A stretch of DNA of 50,069 nt from an uncultured Atopococcus sp. (GCA_964437675.1 CAYTHW010000003.1:2836-52904); one strand, 5' to 3'. Counted from the stretch's first letter, positions 6,492-16,496 are shown. Translations and numbers: made by a program. The notes: generated by a model not told the origin, from the sequence alone.

Positions 6492-8876
6492 ATGTCCAAA
6501 CACCAATCTCGAAGTCAGGTCCACAAAAGAAGTGGGCGCAGTAAAAATAGATTGTCACAAATTTTAACTATAATAATTACAGCTATCCTGGGCCTTTTAG
6601 TGGTCGCTGTCATTGGAGTGGCAGGCGTGTCTCTCTACTGGATTGCAGGCGCTCCTGAAATCAATGAAGAGGCTCTCAAAGGCAGCCATGGATCGACCTT
6701 GGTTGATCAAAACGGCGAAGCTTTTTATACATTGGGCGGAACCGAGCGTGAAGAAATCAGCTATGAAGAAGTCGGACCTGTTCTTGAAGCTGCGGTGTTA
6801 TCTATTGAAGACCACCGCTTCTACGGCCACCGGGGGGTCGACTTTATTCGCTTAGCCGGAGCGGTCATTGCGAACTTCCGAGATGGTTACGGCTCCCAGG
6901 GAGGATCTACCATCACCCAGCAGCTGGTCAAGCTTTCGGTCTTCTCCACATCACCCGAAGATCAGACCTTGAAACGGAAAGTGCAGGAAGCCTGGCTGGC
7001 TCTAAAAGTCGAAAGAGAGTACAGCAAAGAAGAAATATTGACGATGTATATCAACAAGGTCTACATGTCGGACAACATCTACGGCATGGGTACTGCAAGT
7101 GAGTATTATTTCGATAAACCTGCGACTGAGCTTCAAATTGATGAAGCGGCTATGTTGGCCGGTATGCCCCAGTCACCTAATAACTACAACCCTTACCTGG
7201 AGACGGAAAAGGCTGAAGAACGACGCAATGTGGTCATCCAGCAGATGGAAGAAGTCGGCTATATCGATGCGGAGCAGGCTGAGCAGGCGGCGGCTGTTCC
7301 TCTGGAAGAAAGTCTGGCTCCCCGTAACTTTAAGGATGGGCCTAATCTCGTGATAGACAGCTATGTCCATCAGGTGCTCAAAGAAGTCAGAGAAAAAACA
7401 GATATCGATCCTTACATGGCCGGGGCGACCATCCATACCAATATGGACCCCGGTGCGCAGCAGCATGTTTTTGATGTCTTGAATTCAGATAATTACATCG
7501 CTTACCCGGATGAAGACTATCAAGCTGCCGTCACCATCGTCGATGTGGAAACCGGCCAGGTCAAATCCATCGGCGGCGGGCGGAATATCGAAGATGCCAT
7601 GGGCTACAACCGGGCGACAGAATTAGATCGCAGTATCGGGTCCACGATGAAACCCCTGTCCGTCTATGGACCGATTATCGAATATGAACAATATTCGACC
7701 CACCACCAGGTTGTCGACGGACCTTACCAGTTCCCGACTGGAGAAACCTTAGAGAACGTGGATAATTCTTATAGAGGCCAGATTTCCATGAGAGAATCCC
7801 TGGTTCAGTCGCGCAACATCACGACTGCTAAACTCTTTGAAAAAGTAGGCCTCGAAAGAGCCGAGGAATTTCTGGCTCAGATTGGAATCGAAGGATTGAA
7901 TAACGGCGACGGTTTGTATTGGTCCAACGCAATCGGCGGAGAAGTTACTCCCTACCAGCTGGCTGCCTCTTATGCAGCCTTTGGAAATGAAGGAAAATAC
8001 ACAGAACCTTATACGGTCTCCAAGATCACCTTAGTCACCGGCGAGGAAATCGATCTGACACCGCAAACCGTCCAAGCCATGTCAGACTATACCGCCTATA
8101 TGGTCACGGATATGCTTAAGGATGCTGCTTCCTCCTACAGCCAGCTCGGCATACTCAACTCTTCAGGTCTGCCGCATGCCGGTAAGACAGGAACGACCAA
8201 CTATGCAAGCGATATTAAACTCAAACACGGCATCCCTTCTGCTGTCTTCCCGGACCGTTGGTATGCAGGGTATACGAAAGATTATTCTATCGCTGTCTGG
8301 ACGGGTTATGACTACCAATTGGAACCGGGCAACTGGATGACCTTTGGAGACACAAGCGGCTGGAATGCCCTTTATATCTATCAGGCACTCATGTCCTACT
8401 TGATAGAAAACGGCCAGCAGTCTTATGAGGACTGGACGATGCCTGACAGCGTGGTTCCTTATAATGTAGTGAGAGGCTCCAACCCTCCACGAGTGGGTTA
8501 CGGACCTACCGAATTATTCGTTAAAGGCAACGAGCCGGGCAACTACTCCACAGATGATCTGGCGCGGCGGAGTACAGGTACCAGTCCTGCAGCTCCAAGA
8601 CGTAGTGAATCGATAGAATCGAGTGAATCGGAGGAAGAGGAAGAAACCGACGATGATGAGCGCGATGAAGAAGAGAGTGAAACAGATGAGTCGGAAGAGT
8701 CTGCAGCAGAATCAGAAGAACCTGCAGACAACAGTTCAAGCGGCGGCTCCACTCCTTCTTCTGGAAGAGAATCACCGCCATCCGGATCTGCATCTGAGGT
8801 TCCCGACACACCGGCAGCACCGCCCGCAAACAATGCAGGACCGCCTGCCTCAAATGAACCGCAGACAACCAATTAA
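6492..8876 (+). CDS. ponA: Bifunctional class A penicillin-binding protein 1A (glycosyltransferase + transpeptidase)
   Basis: 794 aa with an N-terminal TM anchor. GT51 motifs are EDHRFYGHRGVD, GGSTITQQLVK and RKVQEAWLALKVE. Transpeptidase motifs are SIGSTMKP (SxxK) and KTGTT. The C-terminal region of about 115 aa is low-complexity and acidic/Ser/Pro-rich. Confidence 0.95.
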   Translation: MSKHQSRSQVHKRSGRSKNRLSQILTIIITAILGLLVVAVIGVAGVSLYWIAGAPEINEEALKGSHGSTLVDQNGEAFYTLGGTEREEISYEEVGPVLEAAVLSIEDHRFYGHRGVDFIRLAGAVIANFRDGYGSQGGSTITQQLVKLSVFSTSPEDQTLKRKVQEAWLALKVEREYSKEEILTMYINKVYMSDNIYGMGTASEYYFDKPATELQIDEAAMLAGMPQSPNNYNPYLETEKAEERRNVVIQQMEEVGYIDAEQAEQAAAVPLEESLAPRNFKDGPNLVIDSYVHQVLKEVREKTDIDPYMAGATIHTNMDPGAQQHVFDVLNSDNYIAYPDEDYQAAVTIVDVETGQVKSIGGGRNIEDAMGYNRATELDRSIGSTMKPLSVYGPIIEYEQYSTHHQVVDGPYQFPTGETLENVDNSYRGQISMRESLVQSRNITTAKLFEKVGLERAEEFLAQIGIEGLNNGDGLYWSNAIGGEVTPYQLAASYAAFGNEGKYTEPYTVSKITLVTGEEIDLTPQTVQAMSDYTAYMVTDMLKDAASSYSQLGILNSSGLPHAGKTGTTNYASDIKLKHGIPSAVFPDRWYAGYTKDYSIAVWTGYDYQLEPGNWMTFGDTSGWNALYIYQALMSYLIENGQQSYEDWTMPDSVVPYNVVRGSNPPRVGYGPTELFVKGNEPGNYSTDDLARRSTGTSPAAPRRSESIESSESEEEEETDDDERDEEESETDESEESAAESEEPADNSSSGGSTPSSGRESPPSGSASEVPDTPAAPPANNAGPPASNEPQTTN

Positions 8877-8878
8877 AA

Positions 8879-8908
8879 AAAGACTTTGGGATTTTTCCCA
8901 AAGTCTTT
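8879..8908. terminator. Bidirectional intrinsic terminator between convergent ponA and dnaD
   Basis: 12-bp stem AAAGACTTTGGG / CCCAAAGTCTTT with an A-run 5' and a T-run 3'. Confidence 0.85.
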
Positions 8909-9619
8909 TTATTTTTCTCCCCCGTCTAACCAGTTAAAGATGGGTACTTCTTTTTGGATAGCCGTATCCTGGTCTGTACTCTTCTTGCTTTGATAGTTGT
9001 TGAACCTCTCCTGCTCACGCTTGACATCCTGGGGAGTTTTGATGTTCTTTTTCTCCCAATTGCGTAAGATGCGGTCCATATAATTGAAATTATAGACCTG
9101 GTTCAAGACAGCTTCTTTTAAGGCCATCTCTATCAGCTGGGGTGAATAACCATCCTGATTGATCCACATCCCCAGACTTTCTATCTCGATAGGAGACAGA
9201 GGCCGGCCGAATTCATTTTCAAACATTTGAATTAAGTCACTGGCATCGCCGGCTTTTTGAGTGGTCTGTATTTTTTGGTCCTTTTCAAGCAGATGGTAAT
9301 ATAATTTTTCCCATAACAAATTCAGACTGTAACGGTCCTGGGATCTTTTATCTCTATTTTTACTCTGTTGAATAGAGATAATTTTCTTTTGAATTAAAAT
9401 ATGAATGCGGTTATAAATCTGCTCTTCTGATTCGCCCATGACTTGAGCCAGACTCGTTACTGTAGGAAAGCTGATGCCTGCATCAAGACAGCGTTTGATC
9501 TGGATGACGAGGACCAGCTCTCCATGGTCCATCTGCAGCTGCCGGTAATTGTCCAGCAGAGCATTGGGAATGTCGACACTCCCCTTTTCCTGCCATTTTA
9601 AAAATAAATCTAAAGTCAA
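8909..9619 (-). CDS. dnaD: Replication initiation / primosomal protein DnaD
   Basis: The C-terminal DnaD/DnaB_2 domain is present (WINQDGYSPQLIEMALKEAVLNQVYNFNYMDRILRNWEKKNIKT). The track start GTG 9643 has no RBS. TTG at 9619 is preceded by AGGGAGG with 7-nt spacing and gives MTLDLFLKWQEKGSVDIPNALL, which aligns with DnaD N-termini. Confidence 0.88.
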   Translation of the reverse strand: MTLDLFLKWQEKGSVDIPNALLDNYRQLQMDHGELVLVIQIKRCLDAGISFPTVTSLAQVMGESEEQIYNRIHILIQKKIISIQQSKNRDKRSQDRYSLNLLWEKLYYHLLEKDQKIQTTQKAGDASDLIQMFENEFGRPLSPIEIESLGMWINQDGYSPQLIEMALKEAVLNQVYNFNYMDRILRNWEKKNIKTPQDVKREQERFNNYQSKKSTDQDTAIQKEVPIFNWLDGGEK

Positions 9620-9642
9620 AATTTTTCCTCCCTTTTGAGACA

Positions 9643-10119
9643 CTACAAGTTGTCGATCGTCTTCAACCAGGTCCCGCTTTCAAGAGACAGGTAATAGTAG
9701 CCCATGCGGCCGCCCGGTGTCTTGTAGGATATCTCCCACACCGACTGATCATTTTCTTTTCCTATCCGAATCTGCTGAATCTTATTTTCCGGCATCGCCT
9801 GCTGAAAGAGTTGAGCAGCCTCTTCCTCACTGACGATCTGATCAACCCCGTACAGATCGATATGACCGGTACTCTGCTCGATGACTGCGGCCATGAATCT
9901 GCCCTTCTCATCGTAGCCGGTCACGGTCAGATAAGTTCCTTGGCTGCCATTATAATGGTAATAGTTCTTTCTCTCTTTCAAAGGTGTGTAAGTTTTTGCA
10001 TGTTCAAACGCATCAGCTCTTGCTTCTTTGTAAGGAACCAAAGAATTATTGAGCAGAGATACCGCGAAAATAAGCACTAATAATAAGCTGACCGGCAGGA
10101 TAATGTATCTTTTCTTCAT
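9643..10119 (-). CDS. ypmB: YpmB/TseB-like PepSY-domain membrane-anchored protein
   Basis: It has an N-terminal TM segment, then NGSQGTYLTVTGYDEKG ... VWEISYKTPGGRMGYYYLSLESGTWLKTIDNL, resembling B. subtilis YpmB. It lies downstream of dinG as in B. subtilis. ATG 10119 (MKKRYI) has the RBS GAGGGGA at 6 nt, whereas the upstream ATG 10137 has none. Confidence 0.82.
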   Translation of the reverse strand: MKKRYIILPVSLLLVLIFAVSLLNNSLVPYKEARADAFEHAKTYTPLKERKNYYHYNGSQGTYLTVTGYDEKGRFMAAVIEQSTGHIDLYGVDQIVSEEEAAQLFQQAMPENKIQQIRIGKENDQSVWEISYKTPGGRMGYYYLSLESGTWLKTIDNL

Positions 10120-10162
10120 CTTCGTTCCCCTCTTCATATCTTCAGGCAGATACTGCTTTCAA

Positions 10163-12925
10163 TCATTTATCCGTAAAAAAATCATTGATTTTTCTGAAGT
10201 CTTCATCTGCTATAAATTCAATAGGCGTTTCTGGAGGAACTGCCTTTTGAATCTCATCGCTGTATTTAGAATAGACAAAGCGGTCATCCAGCATGATCAT
10301 CATTCCTTTATCATCAGGGCGTCGGATCAAACGTCCGAAACCCTGCTTCAATTTCTCTTTGGCCCGGGGTAAAGAGATGCTGTAAAAAGCATTATCTTTT
10401 GGACTGGTAAAGTATTGGCTGCGGATTTGATACCAGATGTCCTGGGGCGACTCAAAAGGCAGCCGCGTGACCACGAGCACAGATAAAGATGCGCCCGGCA
10501 GATCAATCCCCTCCCAAAAGCTGTGCGAGCCCAGCAGAACAGACTGATCTACTTTTCTAAAGCGTCTGATTAAGCGGTGGCGGGTCCCATGGATCCCCTG
10601 GGCAAAGAGTGCCCGGCGGTCAAATAAAGGATCTGACTTGATGCGGGAATAGACGTTTTCAAGAGTGGTCGTTGAGTTAAAAAGAATGAGAATCGACTGG
10701 TTGGTCGATTCGACGATCATCTTGATATAGTGGGCAAGCATTGCCTCATACTCTTTATTCGAAATCGCATTGACCGGTAAAAGATTTCTCGGTATCAATA
10801 CCTTAGTCTGCCTGCGGTAATCGAAGGGACTCGGCGCAACGATCGTCCGCAACATATCCTCCCGATCATAGAGGTGATAATAACTTTCCAAACTGTCTAA
10901 ACTGGCACTGCAGTAGATCAATTTATCCAGCTTGAAAAGCTCCTCTATCCTCTTCTCAAACAAATGATGTTGATAAGTAAGAATCGAGAATTGATCATCC
11001 AAGCGGTGGCTGGCTCTATACACCCAGTGCTTGGATTCTTTTTCTTCCAGGATGAGTTGATTGAGATCTTGATAGGATTGATAATAACCGCTGAACCTTT
11101 GATAATTTTCATAGAGGTCGTCAATCAAAAGTTGATCGGTATCATCGAGTCCATGATAGGCAGGCAGGACTTCCTCTAAGAGAAGCTGAAACAGTTCATA
11201 GGTTTCAAAAAAGAGCTGGTTAAAGGCCTGCAGATGTCTCTTGACTCTTCGGTCCAGCTGCTTCAGTCTAATTTCTTTTTGGAAGCTGGCACTCCGGCCG
11301 ACCTTTTCCAGTTGGAAAGAGTCTCTAAAAGAAAGTTTTATCTCCTCCAACTCTTCAAATAAGTATTCGCTGTTACTGACTAACTGCTGATAGTAAACTT
11401 TCGTCCGCATATCAGCCCAGTCGAGGGCTTCCGAAATGCTCGCCGGTTCTTTTTCCATGAATTGGTGATAAAGAAAATTTTGGAAAGAATAAAAAGCAAA
11501 CTCACTCGAACTGACCCGCTGGAAATAATCCAACAGATGATGAGCTTCATCGCAGATAAAATAGCCATGCTTAGGCAGGATGGCATCCTCACTTAAAATG
11601 TCATGCGCTAAAAAGGCATGGTTGGTGACGATAACACTGGCTTCGGCGGCTGCATGACGAGATCTCAAAAAGAAGTCGTGTTCTGCCCAGATAGTATTCG
11701 CTATCATAGAATGATGTTTGTTTGAGCGCACCCTCGCCCAGAAAGGATGGGTGTGCGTTTCATTGATGATTTCATCCAAGTCACCGGTAGCCGTCTCTGT
11801 CAGCCAGACTAAAACTTTAGAAAGGTAGATGGACTCGGTCTGATCTCTTTTACCCTGTCTCAACAGATGGACGACCACTTCCAGATCAATGTAATGAGAC
11901 TGGCCTTTGAGGATAGCTGTAGAAAAATCAAAGGGCAGAATCTTTTTCAAGGTTTGAATGTCCTCTTCCACCAATTGGTGCTGCAGGGGAATACTGTAGG
12001 TCGAAATGATGATCGGATGCTCGTCAGATGCTTCATAGATAGCTGGCAGCAGATAAGCCAGGGTCTTGCCGGATCCGGATGGTGCTTCCATCGCCAGGTG
12101 GCTCTCTTCACGGCTTATGAGATAGTCATGTATCAAATCCATCATCTCCAGCTGATGGGGGCGGACCTCATAATACTCTTTAAACAAGTCTTTCTTGGCC
12201 GCTAACTCTTCGGGATACTGTCTGTCTATGCGGTAGTTGGAGGAATCTAATGGCTCAGGCTCTTTCAAGGCTATGCCCTCAAAGTAGAAGCAGTCCTTCT
12301 TCTCATTCCGGTCCTGTTTATTTAAGATGAATTCAAAGAAATTTTCTGTTTGGAAAGGGTAAGTTTGAGCCAGCTGATGCAGACTGCGCAGGGTTAACTG
12401 CGGCAGAGTCTTGGCTTTATCTATCAATTTCAATAATAAGTGAGCTGTTGCTTCTGCATCTTCACCGGCATCATGAGCTTTATTTAAACCCAGATCGAGG
12501 GAATGGTTCAAGGCCTGCAGGCTGTAGGCGGCTTCCTGTGGTAAGAGGATGCGGCTGAGAATGACGGTATCGACAGCTGAGATCTGCAGTCTCTCATGAC
12601 CGGCCTGCTCTAATTCATAATTCAGAAAATTAAAATCAAACTCGACATTATGAGCGACAAAGACACAGGAGTCTAAAAGCTGGGCGATCAAAAGAGCAAC
12701 TTCTGAAAAGTAAGGAGCCTCCTCCACCATTTCATTCGTCACACCTGTCAATTGTTCGATTTCCGGAGCAATTCGGCGTTCTGGATTAATTTTAAATTCG
12801 ATTGTTTCAGTCACTTTATTATTTTGAATAAAACTGCATCCAAACTGAATAATGCGATCTCCCTGTTTATAACTTGAACCCGTCGTCTCTAAGTCGACGA
12901 CGGCAAATCTGACTGACTGCTTCAC
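10163..12925 (-). CDS. dinG: DinG-family protein with an N-terminal DEDDh 3'-5' exonuclease domain fused to a DEAH/XPD-like helicase core
   Basis: 920 aa. Exo motifs are FAVVDLETTG, VAHNVEFDFNFL and HDAGEDAEATAHLL. Helicase motifs are EAPSGSGKTLAYLLPA (Walker A) and CDEAHHL (DEAH box), with a C-terminal FWEGIDLPG. GTG start with an AAAGGAG RBS. Confidence 0.93.
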   Translation of the reverse strand: MKQSVRFAVVDLETTGSSYKQGDRIIQFGCSFIQNNKVTETIEFKINPERRIAPEIEQLTGVTNEMVEEAPYFSEVALLIAQLLDSCVFVAHNVEFDFNFLNYELEQAGHERLQISAVDTVILSRILLPQEAAYSLQALNHSLDLGLNKAHDAGEDAEATAHLLLKLIDKAKTLPQLTLRSLHQLAQTYPFQTENFFEFILNKQDRNEKKDCFYFEGIALKEPEPLDSSNYRIDRQYPEELAAKKDLFKEYYEVRPHQLEMMDLIHDYLISREESHLAMEAPSGSGKTLAYLLPAIYEASDEHPIIISTYSIPLQHQLVEEDIQTLKKILPFDFSTAILKGQSHYIDLEVVVHLLRQGKRDQTESIYLSKVLVWLTETATGDLDEIINETHTHPFWARVRSNKHHSMIANTIWAEHDFFLRSRHAAAEASVIVTNHAFLAHDILSEDAILPKHGYFICDEAHHLLDYFQRVSSSEFAFYSFQNFLYHQFMEKEPASISEALDWADMRTKVYYQQLVSNSEYLFEELEEIKLSFRDSFQLEKVGRSASFQKEIRLKQLDRRVKRHLQAFNQLFFETYELFQLLLEEVLPAYHGLDDTDQLLIDDLYENYQRFSGYYQSYQDLNQLILEEKESKHWVYRASHRLDDQFSILTYQHHLFEKRIEELFKLDKLIYCSASLDSLESYYHLYDREDMLRTIVAPSPFDYRRQTKVLIPRNLLPVNAISNKEYEAMLAHYIKMIVESTNQSILILFNSTTTLENVYSRIKSDPLFDRRALFAQGIHGTRHRLIRRFRKVDQSVLLGSHSFWEGIDLPGASLSVLVVTRLPFESPQDIWYQIRSQYFTSPKDNAFYSISLPRAKEKLKQGFGRLIRRPDDKGMMIMLDDRFVYSKYSDEIQKAVPPETPIEFIADEDFRKINDFFTDK

Positions 12926-12951
12926 GTTAAACTCCTTTTTCTGCTACTGGT

Positions 12952-14178
12952 CTACTTATTCAGCTGCTCGATATGCCGGCGGCTGTAAGCGATTAAAACA
13001 TCCCTGTTGTTTTCTAATTCTGATAAAAGTATTTTTTCTTCGAGTTCGTCTAAGAGATCCCCTACCCACCTGCCGGGCCGGTGCCCGCTCAATTCGAGCA
13101 GATCGTGGCCGTTGATGACAATCTCGTCTTTGCTTTTGATAGGTAATTCTTCATATAACTGTCCGGCCAGATCCAGGTCATAGCTGTCCTGAAGGCCTGA
13201 AACGAGGTATTCTGCATCTTCCACTGCCTGTTGTCCAGACTGGTAAAGATTCAGGGGTTTCCATCCATTCTGGTCTATTCTATCATATAAGGCCTGCAAT
13301 GTTTTTTTACTTTGTTTCATTATTTCATTTGATGATTTCCACTTTTTCATGAAGCGGCCGAGATCTTGGGCGCTTAACTGGAGATAATAGCCAAGCAGGG
13401 TCCAAATCTGGACTTCGTTTTCTACCCGCAGAGGGAAGCCGGCCAGATTCCTTAATTCATCCTCTCTTTGAGCGAGCCCCGGGCAATAATTGTAAAGACC
13501 GGCTTCTACGAAGTTTAACAGGGCTTTGGGCATGGCTGAGCCCAACATCAACTTGACGAATTCGATATGAATACGCTCGACCGCTATTTTAGACAGCAGA
13601 GGAGCACTCTCCACGATGGCCTGGAAGGTCTTCTCTTCTATCACAAAATTTAACTGACTCTGGAAACGCAAGGCCCTCATGATTCTCAAGGCATCTTCAT
13701 TGAAACGTTCAAAAGGGTCGCCGACCGCCCGGATAACTTTCTCATCCAGATCCTTGAGTCCTTGAAAGAAGTCCTTGATGACACCATTTTGATTCATGGC
13801 AAATGCATTGATGGTAAAGTCGCGTCTTTTCAAATCTTCTTCCAGTGAACGGACAAATGTCACTTCGTCAGGCCTTCTGTAGTCCTGATAGCCTGATTCG
13901 GTCCTGAAAGTCGTCACTTCATAAGGCTCCTTGTGGAAAAGTACCACGACTGTTCCATGCTGGATGCCCACATCGATAGTTTTTTTGAAAATATTTTTGA
14001 CTTCCTCCGGAAAAGCACTGGTGGCTATGTCTATGTCATTAATCGGCTTACCCAATAAGGCGTCCCTGACACTTCCGCCAACAAAATAAGCCTCAAAACC
14101 ATTTTTCTCAAAGGTATCTAAAATGGGCAAAGCCTCTTGGAATTTTTTATCTAATCGAATCCTAACTTCTTTATTCAC
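12952..14178 (-). CDS. cca: CCA-adding tRNA nucleotidyltransferase
   Basis: 408 aa. FEAYFVGGSVRDALLGKPINDIDIATSA and RRDFTINAFAM are the class II nucleotidyltransferase head-domain signatures. Confidence 0.94.
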   Translation of the reverse strand: MNKEVRIRLDKKFQEALPILDTFEKNGFEAYFVGGSVRDALLGKPINDIDIATSAFPEEVKNIFKKTIDVGIQHGTVVVLFHKEPYEVTTFRTESGYQDYRRPDEVTFVRSLEEDLKRRDFTINAFAMNQNGVIKDFFQGLKDLDEKVIRAVGDPFERFNEDALRIMRALRFQSQLNFVIEEKTFQAIVESAPLLSKIAVERIHIEFVKLMLGSAMPKALLNFVEAGLYNYCPGLAQREDELRNLAGFPLRVENEVQIWTLLGYYLQLSAQDLGRFMKKWKSSNEIMKQSKKTLQALYDRIDQNGWKPLNLYQSGQQAVEDAEYLVSGLQDSYDLDLAGQLYEELPIKSKDEIVINGHDLLELSGHRPGRWVGDLLDELEEKILLSELENNRDVLIAYSRRHIEQLNK

Positions 14179-14196
14179 AGTTATCCCTACTATTTT

Positions 14197-14526
14197 TTAA
14201 TTTTCTTCAATTCTCTCAAAGCGATTTTTATCGCGGGTATTAAATTTTTCCATGACCAGATCAAAAGCTTCTTCCAGGTCAATATCTAAAGAATTGGCCA
14301 TCGTGATCAGTACATAGAGAACATCACCCAGCTCTTCAGTCAAAGATTTTTCATCTTCGGTGTCTTTTTTTTGTTTTTCCCCGTAATAATGATTGATTTC
14401 TCTGGCTAACTCTCCTGTTTCTTCCGTCATCCGGGCCATCATGGCCAGCGGGCTAAAATAACCCACTTTGAATTGAGAAATGAAACCATCCACTTCTTCC
14501 TGCATCTCACGCATCGTTTTTGACAT
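14197..14526 (-). CDS. ypjD: MazG-like nucleotide pyrophosphohydrolase (YpjD family)
   Basis: The EETGELAREI ... ELGDVLYVLITMAN pattern (EExxE...ExxD) is typical of all-alpha NTP pyrophosphatases. The track GTG start lies inside the RBS AGGTGG. ATG 14526 (MSKTMREMQ) has 5-nt spacing. Confidence 0.85.
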   Translation of the reverse strand: MSKTMREMQEEVDGFISQFKVGYFSPLAMMARMTEETGELAREINHYYGEKQKKDTEDEKSLTEELGDVLYVLITMANSLDIDLEEAFDLVMEKFNTRDKNRFERIEEN

Positions 14527-14541
14527 CTTAACCACCTGCCT

Positions 14542-15093
14542 TTATTCCATGATTTCATCTAAGTGACTCAGCTGCGAGGAGTATTCATAAAAATCTTCTT
14601 CATTGCCGGCTAGCAGTGCATCATCAATCTTATCCAGCAGCCGGTCCCTGTAAGCTCCGTAGGACAATTCATCCAGAGCCTCATGGACCCTTCTCTCTGT
14701 CCCTTCAGACACCGCGTCATTCCAGGTGTAATAAGGATTGTCCTCTAACACGGTGAGATACAGGTCGCTCTGCCAGGCATCAGGAAAGGCGATCTCGATA
14801 TACCAATCATAATGCCAGTTGAGACGGATATCATGGAAAGCCTGTTCCGGGTTATGGAATATTTTGCCGTCCTTAAAGAATTGAAAATCAGGATAGTCGA
14901 TACCTTTAGCCGTCATGATGACACCTCTGGGAGATCGATCTGCATTTTCTACGAAATGAATTTTATTTAATATAATTTCATGATTTTTTAAATAGCTGAG
15001 AATCCAATTAGCTGCTCTATGTTTGAGGCTGTGATTACTGAGAAACCAAGATATAAAGTCTTTTTTGTCTTGAACAGAAACTTCTTTTTTCAT
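14542..15093 (-). CDS. ypiB: UPF0302 protein YpiB (ReoY-like)
   Basis: 183 aa. The N-terminal DKKDFISWFLSNHSLKHRAANWILSYL and the overall layout match the YpiB family. It is adjacent to the TPR protein ypiA as in B. subtilis. Confidence 0.8.
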   Translation of the reverse strand: MKKEVSVQDKKDFISWFLSNHSLKHRAANWILSYLKNHEIILNKIHFVENADRSPRGVIMTAKGIDYPDFQFFKDGKIFHNPEQAFHDIRLNWHYDWYIEIAFPDAWQSDLYLTVLEDNPYYTWNDAVSEGTERRVHEALDELSYGAYRDRLLDKIDDALLAGNEEDFYEYSSQLSHLDEIME

Positions 15094-15112
15094 GCAGATT
15101 CTCCTTTACCTT

Positions 15113-16375
15113 TTAATAATCTGACAATTGTTCTTTCAACAGCTGCAGGTCTGCGTCTTGGGGATAGATGTCGAGCATGCTGTCCAAGATACTCTGAAGC
15201 CTGCCCCACTCTCCTTCATCACGCAGAAAATTCAAGTAGTCTTTATTAAATTCGAGTGATTCCTTTAAGGCAGGATAAACCTCGTCATAGGCCGTCTTAG
15301 CCTGGTCATACTCTTCATTTTTTTCATAGGCTCTTGCTTTAGCCCAGGTTATCAAGGGGTCAATCACCTGGAGGCTGTCGGCCTCTTCTGCCAGATCGAT
15401 CACCCCTTCAAAGTCCTCCTGCTCCATCAAGAAGTCGATATACTGGATGCGCAGTCTGACATGCAGAGGATCCAGTTCTAAAGCTTTCTCAAAGAAAGCA
15501 CCGGCCTGTTCCCTCTCGTCCAGCCGGGAATAAATGGAAGCTGCTAAATTAAACAATTCAGCATTGACCTGGTCATACTTGAGACCTTCGTCCACCGCCT
15601 CTTTGGCCCGCTCCAAATCTTTCCAGGTTAAATAGATCTTAGCCAGATAAGGATAAATAGAGGAATAGCTCGGATCCTGCTCTTTCACCTGGTCGAAATG
15701 TTTGAGGGCAGAATCGAATTCTTCATTTTGAAAATAAGTGACGGCCAGCTGGAAGTGAATATCCAGATAATCTTCCAGCTCTAAACTCATATGATAGAAG
15801 GAAATGGCTGTTTCAAAATCTCCGATGCTGCTGTGGGCCCTAGCCAGTCTAAAATAGATATTCGTGCCCGAAAAGAGCTCCATATCCCTCGCCAAAAGCT
15901 TGTCATAATAATGAATGGCTTCCAGAAACCGGCCTTGAGAAAAATAAAATTCAGCCAGGGCAAATTCCAGCACGGGATGCTCTCCCAGCAGATCGACAGC
16001 TTCCAGCAATTTACTCTCGGCAACTTCCACCAATTGATTGGCCTGGTATATATCAGCTTGTAAAAGTAAGGACCGGGGGTAGACTTCGCTGTTCGAATCG
16101 ATCTGCAATAAATAATCAAAAGCTGAATCTTCTTCATCATTCTCAAAATGTATTTCAGCCAGGAGCAGTTTCAATTCATCGTTTTCTCCATAAACATTCA
16201 GCAGATATTCTGCCAGCTCCTTCAGATAATTGGTGAAACCCAGTTCATAGAGAGCATCTGCCAGGGCATAAAGATCTTCTATAGAATCTTCCTGCAGCGC
16301 TGAGTCAAAATAACTGTCAGCCGCTTCTAAATCATGGGCATGAATCGACTTGATCATCTCTTCTGATAAGGACAT
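15113..16375 (-). CDS. ypiA: Tetratricopeptide-repeat protein (YpiA-like)
   Basis: 420 aa. It shows a repeated 34-aa A/Y/L-rich helical periodicity (e.g. AEFYFSQGRFLEAIHYYDKLL, ARAHSSIGDFETAISFYHMSLEL) and conserved synteny with ypiB. Confidence 0.8.
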   Translation of the reverse strand: MSLSEEMIKSIHAHDLEAADSYFDSALQEDSIEDLYALADALYELGFTNYLKELAEYLLNVYGENDELKLLLAEIHFENDEEDSAFDYLLQIDSNSEVYPRSLLLQADIYQANQLVEVAESKLLEAVDLLGEHPVLEFALAEFYFSQGRFLEAIHYYDKLLARDMELFSGTNIYFRLARAHSSIGDFETAISFYHMSLELEDYLDIHFQLAVTYFQNEEFDSALKHFDQVKEQDPSYSSIYPYLAKIYLTWKDLERAKEAVDEGLKYDQVNAELFNLAASIYSRLDEREQAGAFFEKALELDPLHVRLRIQYIDFLMEQEDFEGVIDLAEEADSLQVIDPLITWAKARAYEKNEEYDQAKTAYDEVYPALKESLEFNKDYLNFLRDEGEWGRLQSILDSMLDIYPQDADLQLLKEQLSDY

Positions 16376-16446
16376 TAATCATCACTCCATCCGTCTATAT
16401 TTTAGCACAATTTGGGGGTTAATGAATTATTCCAACATGAAAGGAT

Positions 16447-16475
16447 TAAAAAAGAGTCGCTGTAAGCGACCCTCC
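16447..16475 (-). terminator. Intrinsic terminator downstream of hup
   Basis: On the minus strand the sequence is GGAGGGTCGCTTACAGCGACTCTTTTTT. This is a GC-rich stem with one bulge, followed by a U6 run. Confidence 0.65.
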
Positions 16476-16496
16476 TATGTTTTAAATAATTATTTT

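Noticed and set aside
8521-8937. Overlapping ORFs on both strands (126, 109 and 104 aa) at the 3' end of ponA
   Set aside because: They are generated by the GA/GC-rich low-complexity repeats that encode the acidic PBP1A tail, where all frames stay open by composition. The ponA frame is continuous with the transpeptidase domain.
10163-12925. DinG-family helicase/exonuclease, considered as a defence-associated DinG (also RecQ/YpbB at 21417-23904)
   Set aside because: Both sit in the conserved B. subtilis-like context (ypmB-dinG-cca; ypbB-recQ) with no CRISPR/Cas, methylase or nuclease partners. They are housekeeping repair genes.
15787-16146. 119-aa same-strand alternative-frame ORF inside the TPR protein gene, and a similar 134-aa ORF at 21653-22057 inside recQ
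   Set aside because: They are nested out-of-frame ORFs within genes whose main frame carries clear family motifs. Nothing supports independent translation.
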